From assembly GCA_963848135.1 (NCBI GenBank), contig CAWKCK010000017.1, positions 248,001 through 312,000 of the forward strand: 64,000 bases of DNA, read 5' to 3'. Position 1 is the first letter of the stretch. Each line of letters starts with the position of its first letter. Made by a program: the position numbers and the translations under genes. Below the pieces are notes generated by a model. That model did no database searches. It was not told the DNA's origin and saw only the letters and a program-made list of their open reading frames with translations. The stretch comes from an uncultured delta proteobacterium. GTDB lineage: Bacteria > Desulfobacterota > Desulfobacteria > Desulfobacterales > SG8-13. Shown piece by piece: positions 1 to 10,690 of this stretch.

Positions 1-1058
1 TCTATCAGTAGGCTTGCAAATGTGTGCCGTAAATCATGGAATCTGATCCGTTCAATTTTGGCCTCTATAAGTGCCGTATTGAAATAGCGACTGACGACAT
101 TATTATGATTTAGAGGCTGTCCGGCCTCGTTCGGGAAAATGAGATCAAGATCATTTGGTAGACAGGCCAACTTCCCTTTTTTCAATTCGGCTATCATCGC
201 CGGTCCCAGGTCAATTTTACGGTTCGATGTTTCGGTTTTTACATCGTACCATTCTTGATTGTTAAAGGTTCTCTGGATATGAACCTGGCTATTTTCCCAA
301 TCCATATCAGACCATTTCCAACCAAATAGTTCCCCTTGCCGAGCCCCGCTGAAAATTGCCAGCCTAAAAAGCGTATTGTATTTTTGATCCGTAACGGCTT
401 TGAGCAAGGCATTGATTTTATCGGGAGTTAAAACTTCGATTGTATCCTCTTTCTTGTTCCCTCTTGGCCGTTCAGCATCTGAAAACGGGTTGTAGGAAAG
501 GTACTTGTGTCTTGCTGCATATTTAAAAATCTGACCCACTGATACCTGAACTTTCCTGATCGTTCCTATCGGCATTTCCTTAGCCTGCCTGTCAGTGATC
601 CACTTTTCAATCATGGCAATTGTGATTCGATTGATTTTCAAATCTTCAAATTCAGAAAAATGATTGAGAGTGTGACCTTCGTATACGGACCAGGTTGAAG
701 ATCTTATGTTCGGCTTTTTGTGTTTTAGCCATTCTTTAGCAACCTCGGGAAAAGTTGGAATCTTGGTTTCAGAAATGTAGATCCCCCTTGTAAGTTGATC
801 CTCGATTTCTCTAAGTTTTTCTTTTGCTTTTTTTAGGGTTGCTCCCTTCTTTAAGGATTTTCGTATCCTTTTCCCCCGATTATCATAATAATCGAGGACA
901 TAACCGGTGATCAAGATATCGAAAGCGACCTCTTTTCTTGGATCTGCCACCCAATTGACAACATCCGCTGAAATCAATTTCCTATTAAGTTCAACAAAGC
1001 GATAGAAGCGAGGATCAGGCTCAGCCGATGGCACATCAAGAAAGTCCGGATTTTTCAT
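1..1058 (-). CDS. Tyrosine recombinase/integrase (phage/ICE type), 3' end outside window
   Basis: Manual translation (absent from ORF track): ...YVLDYYDNRGKRIRKS...LAIFSGARQGELFGLKWSDMD...IRFHDLRHTFASLLI, containing the catalytic R and HxxR motifs. Frame is open from ATG 1058 to the window edge. Confidence 0.9.
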   Translation of the reverse strand, partial: MKNPDFLDVPSAEPDPRFYRFVELNRKLISADVVNWVADPRKEVAFDILITGYVLDYYDNRGKRIRKSLKKGATLKKAKEKLREIEDQLTRGIYISETKIPTFPEVAKEWLKHKKPNIRSSTWSVYEGHTLNHFSEFEDLKINRITIAMIEKWITDRQAKEMPIGTIRKVQVSVGQIFKYAARHKYLSYNPFSDAERPRGNKKEDTIEVLTPDKINALLKAVTDQKYNTLFRLAIFSGARQGELFGWKWSDMDWENSQVHIQRTFNNQEWYDVKTETSNRKIDLGPAMIAELKKGKLACLPNDLDLIFPNEAGQPLNHNNVVSRYFNTALIEAKIERIRFHDLRHTFASLLI

Positions 1059-1198
1059 GTTGTTGATTCTTTTTACTAAAACGATCAGAGGCGATGTGGC
1101 GTATGCCCCGGTACGCACGATTAATAATAAATAGCCAAGTGAGATCGGTGTGAGCAATTGTCGGATATATATTTCACCCTGAACAGGGGCATAGGTAA

Positions 1199-2822
1199 GG
1201 CCAACTGAATAACGTATAAATGCTTGTTAATATTTCTAAATTATGCTATTTCGGTTGCAAAAAGTGCACGGAAAACAAGCCATTTCACCGAAATTCCTTG
1301 CTCCAATGCGCCGGAGATTATGTACAGACACAATGAAAAACAGCTGAAATTTGTCGAGTTTCACCTGCCATTCGGCGGCAAATTACTAGCGGATAATCGC
1401 TGGGTCCGTTTGGCAGAGATGATTCCCTGGCACGAGTTCGAAGAGAAATACTGCCGGAATTTTACCGGCAGCGGTCAAGGACCACCGGCACTTTCAGTGT
1501 GCATGGCCTTGGCGGCACTGATTATTAAAGAGCGTCTGGGGCTCACCGACGAGGAGTGCGTGGAGCAGATCCGGGAGAACCCCTATCTGCAGTATTTTTG
1601 TGGGTTGCAGCAATTTACTACCGAGCAACCCTTTCATCCCACCATGCTAGTGCATTTTCGAAAACGCTTTTCCGTCGATGTTCTCAAGCATGTCAATGAG
1701 GTCATTGTCACCAGGGCCTCTGAGAGCATCAAAGAAGATGATGACGATGATGATCAGCCACAAGGCCCATCCAACAAGGGCAAGCTGGTGCTCGATGCGA
1801 CTTGCGTCCCGGCTGACATCACCTATCCGACTGACTTGAAGCTTCTGAACGCCGCCCGGCAGAAGAGCGAGCAGGTCATCGAGGTGCTGCATAAAAGCCG
1901 TGGTCGAGGTTTTAAGAAGCCTCGAACCTATCGAGTAAAAACCAGAAAAGCCTACCTTGCTGTGGCCAAAAGCAGGAGAGTCGGCGGCCGAAAACTTCGT
2001 AAAGCACTCCGGGGTCAGTTGGGCTATCTGCACCGCAACCTGGCAAGCATTGACAAGCTATCTGAGTCAACAGGGCTTAGGGTTCTGAACCGACGACAAT
2101 ATAAAGATCTATTGGTGGTCAGCGAGCTCTACCGTCAGCAACGCTGGATGTATGAGAATCGCATCCGTCGGATCGGCGATCGTATCGTGAGCATCAGCCA
2201 ACCGCATGTGCGGCCGATAAAAAGAGGCAAGGCCGGAAGCGATACCGAGTTCGGCCCCAAATTGTCTGTAAACCTGGTAGAGGGCTACGGGTTTGTGGAT
2301 CGATGCAGTTGGGACAACTTCAACGAAAGTGTAGACCTGAAAGACCAGGTAGAAGCCTACAAGAGGCGTTTCGGGGTTTATCCGAAGTCGGTGCATGCGG
2401 ATCGCATCTACCGCACGCGAGACAATCTTCGCTATTGCAAGAAACACCGCATCCGGTTGTCGGGTCCGAGATGGGGAAGACCGCCGAAGGTGACCGCAGA
2501 GAATGCCGCCCGGCTTAAGGCCGGAGCCGTTCAGGCACGGCAGGATGAACTGGATCGGATACCGATAGAGGGCAAGTTCGGCCAGGGTAAACGGCGTTTT
2601 GGTATCGGCCGGTTGATGACCAAGCTGGCATCTACCAGTGAAACGGCGATCGCACTGTGCTTTTTGGTGATGAACCTGGAGAAATGGCTGGCTGCCATTT
2701 TTTTGTGCCTGTTTTTCAAAGAGCAGAAATCAGTTTTACTACGTTATATAACCAGTTTTTTACTTCATATATATTCAGGGAAAACTATGGCCGCCGCAAG
2801 AACCTGAATTGTTCAGGAAACC
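1199..2822 (+). mobile_element. IS5-family insertion sequence
   Basis: Transposase flanked by imperfect terminal inverted repeats GGCCAACTGAATAAC (1199-1213) and ATTGTTCAGGAAACC (2808-2822); no clean target duplication seen. Confidence 0.75.
1320..2807 (+). CDS. IS5-family DDE transposase
   Basis: NRWVRLAEMIPW, IRENPYLQYFCG, LVLDATC, HADRIY, RIPIEGKFGQGKR motifs; likely start ATG 1320 after GGAG. Confidence 0.92.
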   Translation: MYRHNEKQLKFVEFHLPFGGKLLADNRWVRLAEMIPWHEFEEKYCRNFTGSGQGPPALSVCMALAALIIKERLGLTDEECVEQIRENPYLQYFCGLQQFTTEQPFHPTMLVHFRKRFSVDVLKHVNEVIVTRASESIKEDDDDDDQPQGPSNKGKLVLDATCVPADITYPTDLKLLNAARQKSEQVIEVLHKSRGRGFKKPRTYRVKTRKAYLAVAKSRRVGGRKLRKALRGQLGYLHRNLASIDKLSESTGLRVLNRRQYKDLLVVSELYRQQRWMYENRIRRIGDRIVSISQPHVRPIKRGKAGSDTEFGPKLSVNLVEGYGFVDRCSWDNFNESVDLKDQVEAYKRRFGVYPKSVHADRIYRTRDNLRYCKKHRIRLSGPRWGRPPKVTAENAARLKAGAVQARQDELDRIPIEGKFGQGKRRFGIGRLMTKLASTSETAIALCFLVMNLEKWLAAIFLCLFFKEQKSVLLRYITSFLLHIYSGKTMAAART

Positions 2823-2846
2823 CTATTTAAATAGGAGGGGTTACAC

Positions 2847-2951
2847 GTGAGAGTTTTCCAAGTTGAAGGTGCTTGGTCACTGGAAAACCTGCGCATTAAC
2901 ACACGACCAGATCCGCAACCTGGAGCTGGCCAGGTGCGGCACGTAGCCTAA
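2847..2951 (+). pseudogene. N-terminal remnant of a medium-chain (zinc-type/quinone) oxidoreductase
   Basis: GGAGG RBS, then GTG: MRVFQVEGAWSLENLRINTRPDPQPGAGQVRHVA*. Resembles an MDR N-terminus (RPDPQPGxGQV) and stops after 34 aa. Confidence 0.5.
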
Positions 2952-2960
2952 GCCCGAAAG

Positions 2961-5521
2961 TTGAGCCAAATTATGAATATAACTAAAAGAGTAAACGTGT
3001 TTGAAAAATCGGTAAAGAATATATTTTCTGTTTACAACAGTTTATTCCTGAATCTTCCTTTTCGGAAGATCGATAATATCGGAATGCTTATTCCCTTATT
3101 GCACCATGTCTGTAAACAAGGTCTCGACACCGGCAGTGAACCACTCGAAATCCTGGATTCTTTTTTCAAGATTCATGCAAATATTGAATCTGAAAAAGAA
3201 AAAATCGATTTTATGTTTCGCGTTGTTCAGTATGTCGAGCGGCAGGTGGTCCTTTACGACAGTGTAGAAGACGCCGCTTTTGCACAACTGCTTCAGACGG
3301 GTGATCATTTGTCCCTCAGAGATTGCAATCATCTGTTGGCGGGCAATAAAAACACGTGTAAATTGTCAGAAAATCTATCCTGTTTTAATGTGCGGATCGT
3401 ATTTACCGCGCATCCAACGCAGTTTTATTCTGCTTCGGTATTGGATATCATCAGCAATTTGAGATCACTGATCGATGAAAACGATATCGATGAAATTGAT
3501 CTCGCATTACAACAACTGGGATTGACCTCCTTGATAAACAGCAGGAAACCGACTCCCTTTGATGAAGCCAAGAATATCATCTATTTTCTTCGGAATGTGT
3601 ATTACGATGCCGTCGGTGAGTTGTATTCCTATATCAGGAAAAATACTCAGGACAGACATTTTGATTGTCCCGATATCATTCAGCTTGGATTCTGGCCCGG
3701 CGGAGACAGGGACGGCAATCCCTTTGTCACCTGGGAAACAACCCGGGATGTGGCCGATGAACTGCGCATGACCTTGATGAAATGCTATTACCAGGACTTG
3801 AAAGATTTAGAGAAAAAACTGACCTTCAGGAAGGTAGAAGATATTGTCGAAAAACTGAAGACCAGGCTTTACGTGACCATGTTCGATCCGGCAGAAACGA
3901 TCCGGTATGGAGAGATAGTAGACCCACTGCACCTTATAAAAGCGTCGCTTATAGACAAGTACAACAGTCTATATCTTCGAAGAACTGGAAAACCTTATCG
4001 ATAAAGTCAATATATTCAAAACACATTTCGCGACGCTCGATATCAGGCAAAACCACAGCGTTCACAAACAAGCCATCCAGGAAATTCTTAAAAGAGAAAA
4101 CCTGATCGACATCAGCCTGGAGGAACTGGGAAATGATGAATTGATTGCGATACTCCTCCGTAAAGACATTTCCGTTAATCCGGATCAGTTTGAAGACGAG
4201 ATTGTAAAGGATACGCTTCGAACCATCCGGCAAATGAAGTCCATACAGAGCAAGAATGGCGAAGAAGGCTGCAACAGATATATCATCAGCAACTCCGAAG
4301 ATATTTTCGCGGTCCTTTTTGTATACAGCCTTTTCAGGTGGTGTTGTTGGGGAAAAGAGGAATTGCCTGTGGATATCATACCGCTATTCGAGTCCATGCA
4401 AGGCATGGCGAACGCTGATTCGATCATGCAGGAACTCTTTAACCTGCCGGAATACCGATCGCACATAAATCATCGCCGGAACAAACAGACCATCATGTTG
4501 GGGTTCTCCGACGGAACAAAGGATGGCGGATACCTTCAGGCCAACTGGTCTATCTACAAAACAAAAGAGAAATTATCGGCTGTTTGTGATGCGTTCGGCA
4601 TCAAAGCCATATTTTTTGATGGCCGGGGCGGTCCACCGGCACGAGGTGGGGGTAAAACACATCGTTTCTATGCTTCACAAAGCCCCAAAATAGCCAATCA
4701 TGCCATTCAATTGACCATACAAGGTCAGACGATTACCAGTATGTATGGGACGAAAGCACATTTTATCCACAACTGCGAGCAACTGCTCACCGCTGGATTG
4801 TCCAACAGTTTGTTTGAAAAAGAAAATACCATCTCCGAAAAATCAAGAAAATTGATAGAGACCATGGCCTATTTGAGTTTCGAGAAGTACACGGCCCTTA
4901 AACTTCACAAAATGTTTATTCCCTATCTGGAGAACAAAAGCACGTTAAAGTATTATGCTAAAACCAATATCGGTAGCAGGCCGGCTAAAAGAGGTGATAA
5001 TAAAAAACTGGAATTAAAAGATTTGAGGGCCATTGCTTTTGTGGGCTCCTGGAGCCAGCTGAAACAGAATGTTCCTGGTTACTACGGTATCGGAACGGCC
5101 CTGCAGTCCCTGGTAAATGATGGCCGGGCGGAGGATTTAAAAGATATTATTTAGAAACGTGCCATTCTTTAAGACACTCATCCTGAACAGCATGATGTCG
5201 TTATCCAAATGTTATTTTGAATTGACGGGTTATATTGCCAAAGATAAAGAATACAAGGAGTTCTGGGAAATGCTGTTTGAGGAATATAAATTGTCAAAAA
5301 AAATGGTGCTGCTCATATCCGGATACAGCATGTTGATGGAAGAAGAACCCGTATCGAGGAGATCGATTGAAATCAGGGAACAAATCGTTTTGCCCTTGCT
5401 AATGATCCAGCAATATGCATTGCAGAAAATAGAAGCCCATTCCAGGCAGCGGGCCGTTTATGAGAAAATCGTCGAGCGGTCATTATATGGCAACATCAAT
5501 GCGAGCAGGAATTCTGCCTAA
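2961..5521 (+). CDS. ppc: Phosphoenolpyruvate carboxylase (two +1 frameshifts at ~3977 and ~5140, possibly sequencing errors)
   Basis: VFTAHPT, GGDRDGNP, MLGFSDGTKDGG, GRGGPPARGGG, LRAI..VGSWSQ and C-terminal RNSA across three ORFs that join if one base is removed at each site. Confidence 0.92.
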
Positions 5522-5563
5522 TTTCAACCGGATGCAAAGACCGACCATAGGAAAAACGATTAT

Positions 5564-6565
5564 ATGGCTTTGAGACTAGCACATATCTACCTTCCAAAAG
5601 AATTCTCAGGTTCTCTTGATGACTTGAAGGAGAAGTTCAGCATCATTGAACATTACGAAATTGAAGAGAAGAATTGGATGGAGGTTAAGCTCCTTATAGA
5701 CGCAGAATTGGTCGAACCGGTACTCGACTTTATTGAGAACAGATATGGTCTTCAGGATGGTTTTCGTGTAATAATCACTCCGGTCGAAGCGGTTATTCCC
5801 CGTTTGAAAATTGACGAAAAAGCCAAGTCAGAAGAATCGATTGAGCAAAGCGAGAAAGAAGCGACGCGCATCTACCGTGAGGAATTGTACGAGGACATCA
5901 ACAGCGTTTCCTCCGGTGGCCGTACATTTATCTTGTTGGTAATTCTTTCCTCTTTTGTGGCTGCGATCGGTTTGCTGCGGGGCAACGTTGCTATCATCAT
6001 TGGAGCTATGGTCATTGCTCCACTACTGGGACCGAATATGGGGTTGGCACTGGCGGCAACCCTGGGTGATTCCGCACTGGCGAAACGATCTACCAGAACC
6101 AACATTACGGGGATTGTTATTGCCTTGAGTATCGCGATAGCCCTCGGGTGGTTTGCCAGCACCGATATCTCCAATCCGGAAATTTCCTCCCGCCTGCATG
6201 TAAGCTACGCAGACTTTATTCTTGCGCTCGCATCGGGGGCAGCGGGAGCACTCACTTTTACCTCAGGCGTTTCTGGAAGCTTGATCGGTGTGATGGTGGC
6301 TGTTGCGTTGCTACCACCGCTAATGGTATTCGGTATTCTTATAGGTGATGGGCAATTCCAGGCTAGTCTGAACGCCCTATTGTTGTTAGCCACTAATTTG
6401 GTCTGCGTTAATATTTCCGGTGTTGCTATGTTTCTATATCAAGGGGTTCGTCCCAACAGTTGGTGGGAGGCGAAAAAAGCGAAAAAGCAAACGCGGGTCG
6501 CAATTACGGTATGGGTAGCTTTGTTGGCCATCCTTGGTATTTTAATCCGCATGGATTTCGGATAA
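5564..6565 (+). CDS. TIGR00341/DUF389 family membrane protein
   Basis: AIIIGAMVIAPLLGP and GVMVAVALLPPL motifs, multiple TM segments. Confidence 0.88.
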   Translation: MALRLAHIYLPKEFSGSLDDLKEKFSIIEHYEIEEKNWMEVKLLIDAELVEPVLDFIENRYGLQDGFRVIITPVEAVIPRLKIDEKAKSEESIEQSEKEATRIYREELYEDINSVSSGGRTFILLVILSSFVAAIGLLRGNVAIIIGAMVIAPLLGPNMGLALAATLGDSALAKRSTRTNITGIVIALSIAIALGWFASTDISNPEISSRLHVSYADFILALASGAAGALTFTSGVSGSLIGVMVAVALLPPLMVFGILIGDGQFQASLNALLLLATNLVCVNISGVAMFLYQGVRPNSWWEAKKAKKQTRVAITVWVALLAILGILIRMDFG

Positions 6566-6612
6566 TCCTTTGTAATCGGATGAAACCTTCAGATTTGATT
6601 GGTACAAAATAA

Positions 6613-7809
6613 ATGATATGGCTATTCTCAAAAATGGTTCGTTTTTCGATTGTTGCTATGATTGTCCAATTAGTAGTGGGAAGTCAGGCTGTTGCAGGGA
6701 TAACTGCTGTTGGTTCGTCAAGTGGTGGCTATTCTAAAGGGGATGTCGTTCTACTAACAACCTACATCCTAATGGCACTGGTTTTTTCTTTTCTCTGTAG
6801 TGTGGCCGAAGCGGTTCTACTGAGCATCACCCCGTCTTATATCGCAGAGCTTCAGGGCAGAAAACCAAAACTTGCAGCATTGTTGAAAAAATTGAAGCAA
6901 GACAATGTGGACAAGTCTCTCGCCGCAATTTTAACCTTAAACACTATTGCTCATACAGTAGGTGCCATCGGCTCTGGATCTAAAGCAACAGTGGTTTTCG
7001 GTAGTGCCTGGTTCGGTTTGTTTTCAGCCTTAATGACTCTGATGATTCTGTTCCTGTCAGAAATCATCCCCAAGACCATCGGTGCCATGCACTGGCGCTC
7101 TTTAGCCGGTCTTACAGCACAATTTGTACATATTTTGATATGGGTGTTGTATCCATTAATATGGATTTCTGAATTTCTAACCCGGCTTATAGCCCGTGGC
7201 AAAACTACTCACGTATTCAGTCGTGAGGAGTTCATCGCCATGGCCGATATTGGAGAACAAACCGGAAAAATCGATCAGAATGAATCACGAATTATCCAGA
7301 ATTTGTTCCGGTTCGGTTCTCTTACCTCCGCCGATATCATGACACCGCGAACGGTTATTTCAAGCTTTCCACAGAGTATGACAGTCTCCGAAGCTTCGGC
7401 TATCAAGCCATCCGTGACATTCTCCCGCATACCTATTTATCAAACGGATATAGACCATATTACAGGTTTTATTCTTAGGGACGATCTTTTACATTTTAAA
7501 GTAGGTGATCGCGGTGGGGCCACACTGGAAACACTAAAACGGGATATACAATCAGTGCCTGGCAACATGTCTCTATCAGCATTACTTGAATTTTTCCTCA
7601 ACCAACGCCAACACATTGCCATCGTAGTTGATGAGTACGGAGGAACAAAAGGTCTTGTGACTATGGAAGATGTTGTTGAAACTCTCTTGGGTATGGAAAT
7701 TGTTGATGAAATGGATCAGGCCGAAGACATGCAAGCACTGGCGCGTCAACAATGGGAAAAGCGGGCAAAGGCACACAGTTTAAAAGAGATTGCCGACAAT
7801 AAGGATTAA
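6613..7809 (+). CDS. CNNM (DUF21)-CBS domain protein, CorB/hemolysin-like
   Basis: SFLCSVAEA, AILTLNTIAHTVGA, SEIIPKTIG, DIMTPR, FSRIPIY, VVDEYGG. Confidence 0.9.
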   Translation: MIWLFSKMVRFSIVAMIVQLVVGSQAVAGITAVGSSSGGYSKGDVVLLTTYILMALVFSFLCSVAEAVLLSITPSYIAELQGRKPKLAALLKKLKQDNVDKSLAAILTLNTIAHTVGAIGSGSKATVVFGSAWFGLFSALMTLMILFLSEIIPKTIGAMHWRSLAGLTAQFVHILIWVLYPLIWISEFLTRLIARGKTTHVFSREEFIAMADIGEQTGKIDQNESRIIQNLFRFGSLTSADIMTPRTVISSFPQSMTVSEASAIKPSVTFSRIPIYQTDIDHITGFILRDDLLHFKVGDRGGATLETLKRDIQSVPGNMSLSALLEFFLNQRQHIAIVVDEYGGTKGLVTMEDVVETLLGMEIVDEMDQAEDMQALARQQWEKRAKAHSLKEIADNKD

Positions 7810-8095
7810 TCCAATCTTTCTTTCTCTCCTGCTTCTGGCTTTTTCTATTTTGTTTATCGGGTGTGGTGGCAGCAGCTATGGTGAAGCTGAGACTAAGGAA
7901 CTCGTCAGTGTAAGTGGCTATGTGCACGATATTAACGGCAATCCTGTATCAGGTGCAGCGGTATCCATTTCAAGCGACCCTTTTACATTTTTTACCAATG
8001 CAGAAGGCTATTTTTCAGCCGAGGTTGAAGCCGGGACCCGGGGAGTAACGCACTTAGTTGTACTGAATAGAAACGTAAATAAAAAGAAGGCGTGA
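7790..8095 (+). CDS. Putative lipoprotein with carboxypeptidase-regulatory-like domain (probably truncated)
   Basis: Lipobox-like FIGC, then VSGYVHDINGNPVSGAAV...TNAEGYF. Confidence 0.55.
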   Translation: MPTIRINPIFLSLLLLAFSILFIGCGGSSYGEAETKELVSVSGYVHDINGNPVSGAAVSISSDPFTFFTNAEGYFSAEVEAGTRGVTHLVVLNRNVNKKKA

Positions 8096-8135
8096 ATTGA
8101 ATGCTGAGATCACAACTTAAAAGCTAATCTGGTTA

Positions 8136-8651
8136 TTGTCCAGCCGGCTGTTGACCATCGCTATCCTGTTGACGGTTGCCGGCTGTGCCAGCACTTCAAC
8201 AATGAAGCCGGTGCCAGAGGAACTGATTTCACAGGTCGGGATAGAAGGAATTCCGGAGGCCCGCTTCTGGGCAGATGAGTGGCCTAAATTCTCTCTGGAG
8301 ACATTCGAAACTTATACCGATACTGATTTTCGGAAACATTTTTCGGGGATCTACAAGAAAGCTCACAACTACCTGGCAATCTCGGGCGGTGGTCCAAACG
8401 GAGCTTTTGGCGCCGGACTCTTTGCAGGGTGGACCGCATCCGGGACTCGGCCTGAGTTCAGCATGGTGACCGGGATCAGCACCGGAGCACTAACAGCGCC
8501 TTTTGCCTTTCTCGGACCGGACTATGACGACGAACTCAAGGAAGGGTTCGACCCGGTGTACATGGGTAAGCTATATGAGCTCGGATACCAGATGGCAATT
8601 AAGGGGTATCCATGGGCCAAGGCCCCACCGGGTTTCATCAAGGGCGACTAG
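8136..8651 (+). pseudogene. Patatin-like phospholipase lipoprotein with large in-frame internal deletion
   Basis: Lipobox VAGC, LAISGGGPNGAFGAG, GISTG, then a direct jump to the C-terminal FDPVYMGKLYELGY...YPW; the catalytic DGG region is missing. Confidence 0.75.
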
Positions 8652-9727
8652 CAAGTACATGAGTTGGATCCAGCATTTTGCCAAAATCGGTTCCATTTCT
8701 CTTTTTGCATCAGCTGTGTTTTTCGTAATAGCCAACCTATGATCTATTTTTTCATCACAACGCGCTGGAGAATAGATGGGTAAACGCTGGCGCTTCCCGC
8801 GTCTCAGCTCAACTGTTATTTAAAATATCTGCTATTTATATTGAGTGCAAGTTTTTCAGAATAGATTCACATAGCCATTCCCTATTTTCAGTGGAGAAAT
8901 TGCCATTTTCCTGTTTGGCTTCCTACCTGCCGTAGCAGGGTGTCTCGGCACCGTTCCTTACGGTCGCCTGCCCCCACTTACGCGCCTCACGAGCCGGGTG
9001 CGTTACTCGTGGCTACCCATAAAGGGATTAAAAATATTCAATGAGCAGGTGGTTAATTAGCCCTAATCAGATTATCGCGTCCTACTAAAATTCTGTGTCG
9101 TAATCTCAGAATCGGGGAGTCATGTTCGGTTTTCTTTCAACTATGTGCTGCAACGATAGACCGCCCCCCCCAGTACTAAATTCTCTTTCTGACCAGTATT
9201 TAATCCTCTCTACACCACTGAAACTGACGAATCATTCATCTACTCAGCCAATGATTACAAAGGAGTCCCATTCTCATATATTCCCTCCCTACCTGGTGTG
9301 CCGCCCGCCCCCTAGGTACCATAAAAATCAAAAACTATCGTCCTCGTCTCTTCGCTATGCATGACTAGTCTCATTAGTAAAATGGATGATAAATTCTCAG
9401 GTGCCATGAAGCACTCATCTTCCCCACCATGGCGGCCCGTCTGGCTGACTGATCGCCGCCTTCCTTTGTAAACCAGGCAGCGTTTTATATAACCTGCATC
9501 CCTGAAAGCTTATTTTACCTGAAATATATTGGCACATATAGTATAGTTGCTTATTGACAAACACAATATATTGATTGTATGAGAAAGGACAGAAATAAAA
9601 AAATCTGTACCGATACTAATATCAGCTTTCAATAGTTTGAATGGTATCGTAGACAACCAAATGAGGTACTGACAACTATATCCGAAGGCCTAACAATGAT
9701 CATTTATGGACTATAAAATTATGACTT

Positions 9728-9767
9728 AAGTCCCGTTTCTTGAACATGTGAAACGGGGCTTTTTTTT
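9728..9767 (+). terminator. Rho-independent terminator
   Basis: AAGTCCCGTTTC/GAAACGGGGCTT stem followed by a T run. Confidence 0.8.
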
Positions 9768-9818
9768 GAGAAAAAAATCTGCAGAAATAGTGGGATAGAG
9801 CCCTACAAAAAGAAAGGG

Positions 9819-10217
9819 TTGATAATGGGAATTATGAAAAAGGGGTATTTTTTAATAATACTCGATAATGACAAAAGGCTCTTGGCTCTGTACTCAAATG
9901 AATGCCTGCTATGCAGCGAATGTGCTCAGAAAATTGGTCATGATTCCTGGAAACCTGATAAAAAATTTATATTAAGGTGGCTTAAGCCTCAGTTTGATGG
10001 ACTTTTAGAAAATTCTTATGCTTGGTGCGATAAATGTGGAAAAACCCTGTGGGACAATAATGAAAACCCACTGCTAAAAGATATCGACGATGACACAAAA
10101 ATTGATGGCTGGCGCGATGAACTGGACGAAGGTGATGAGGAATGGTTCGATGAGCTCTTACAGGATTCGGAAGCCACAATAATTATGAACTTCACTCCAA
10201 AGAGAAAGCCCGAGTAA
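9819..10217 (+). CDS. Hypothetical protein with two CxxC motifs and acidic tail
   Basis: 132-aa ORF, CLLCSEC and CDKC; purine-rich RBS. Confidence 0.55.
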   Translation: MIMGIMKKGYFLIILDNDKRLLALYSNECLLCSECAQKIGHDSWKPDKKFILRWLKPQFDGLLENSYAWCDKCGKTLWDNNENPLLKDIDDDTKIDGWRDELDEGDEEWFDELLQDSEATIIMNFTPKRKPE

Positions 10218-10315
10218 ACAGATTAACCCAAACCACTATTCGCATATATTTGACCTGCCTTTCCAAATGAAATAGTTTCGCTATCAGGGCGTGCTTCGTC
10301 ACTACTCCTCCATTT

Positions 10316-10352
10316 GAGGCGATCCGTCAGACAAACGGGTCGCCTTCTTTAT
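10316..10352 (+). terminator. Probable terminator hairpin
   Basis: AGGCGATCCGT/ACGGGTCGCCT stem followed by TCTTT. Confidence 0.55.
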
Positions 10353-10503
10353 GAAAAAGTATGCCGAATTGTTATAATAATATGAAACTAATTTCACAAA
10401 AACAATCTTTTCGGGTGATGCATTATAAGGATTTTATTTATGATTATAGAATGTTAAACACCAAACACATTCTGGCATTGTATATGCAGATTGCAGATTC
10501 AAC

Positions 10504-10575
10504 GGAGATGTCTCAGTTGGGAGAGCACGACGTTTGGCATCGAGTTCGGAGGGCCGAACCCTCCCATCTCCTCCA
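10504..10575 (+). pseudogene. Degenerate tRNA-Ala(GGC)-like sequence
   Basis: Acceptor GGAGATG/CATCTCC plus TCCA; D arm CTCAGTTGGGAGAG; TGGCA anticodon loop; T stem GGAGG/CCTCC with mutated loop GCCGAAC. Confidence 0.7.
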
Positions 10576-10690
10576 AAATATTTCTTTGTTCCCATTTGAC
10601 TCTAACTACTCTGCAGAAATCTTATCTATCCGGAGGTAATAAAACCGGCACCATGGGCCTGATTTCTTTCTTTTTCCCAGGCGACTGCCC

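Noticed and set aside
9160..9320. C-rich motifs such as CCGCCCGCCCCCTAGGTACC resembling phage cos regions
   Set aside because: Vague resemblance only; no terminase or structural genes nearby.
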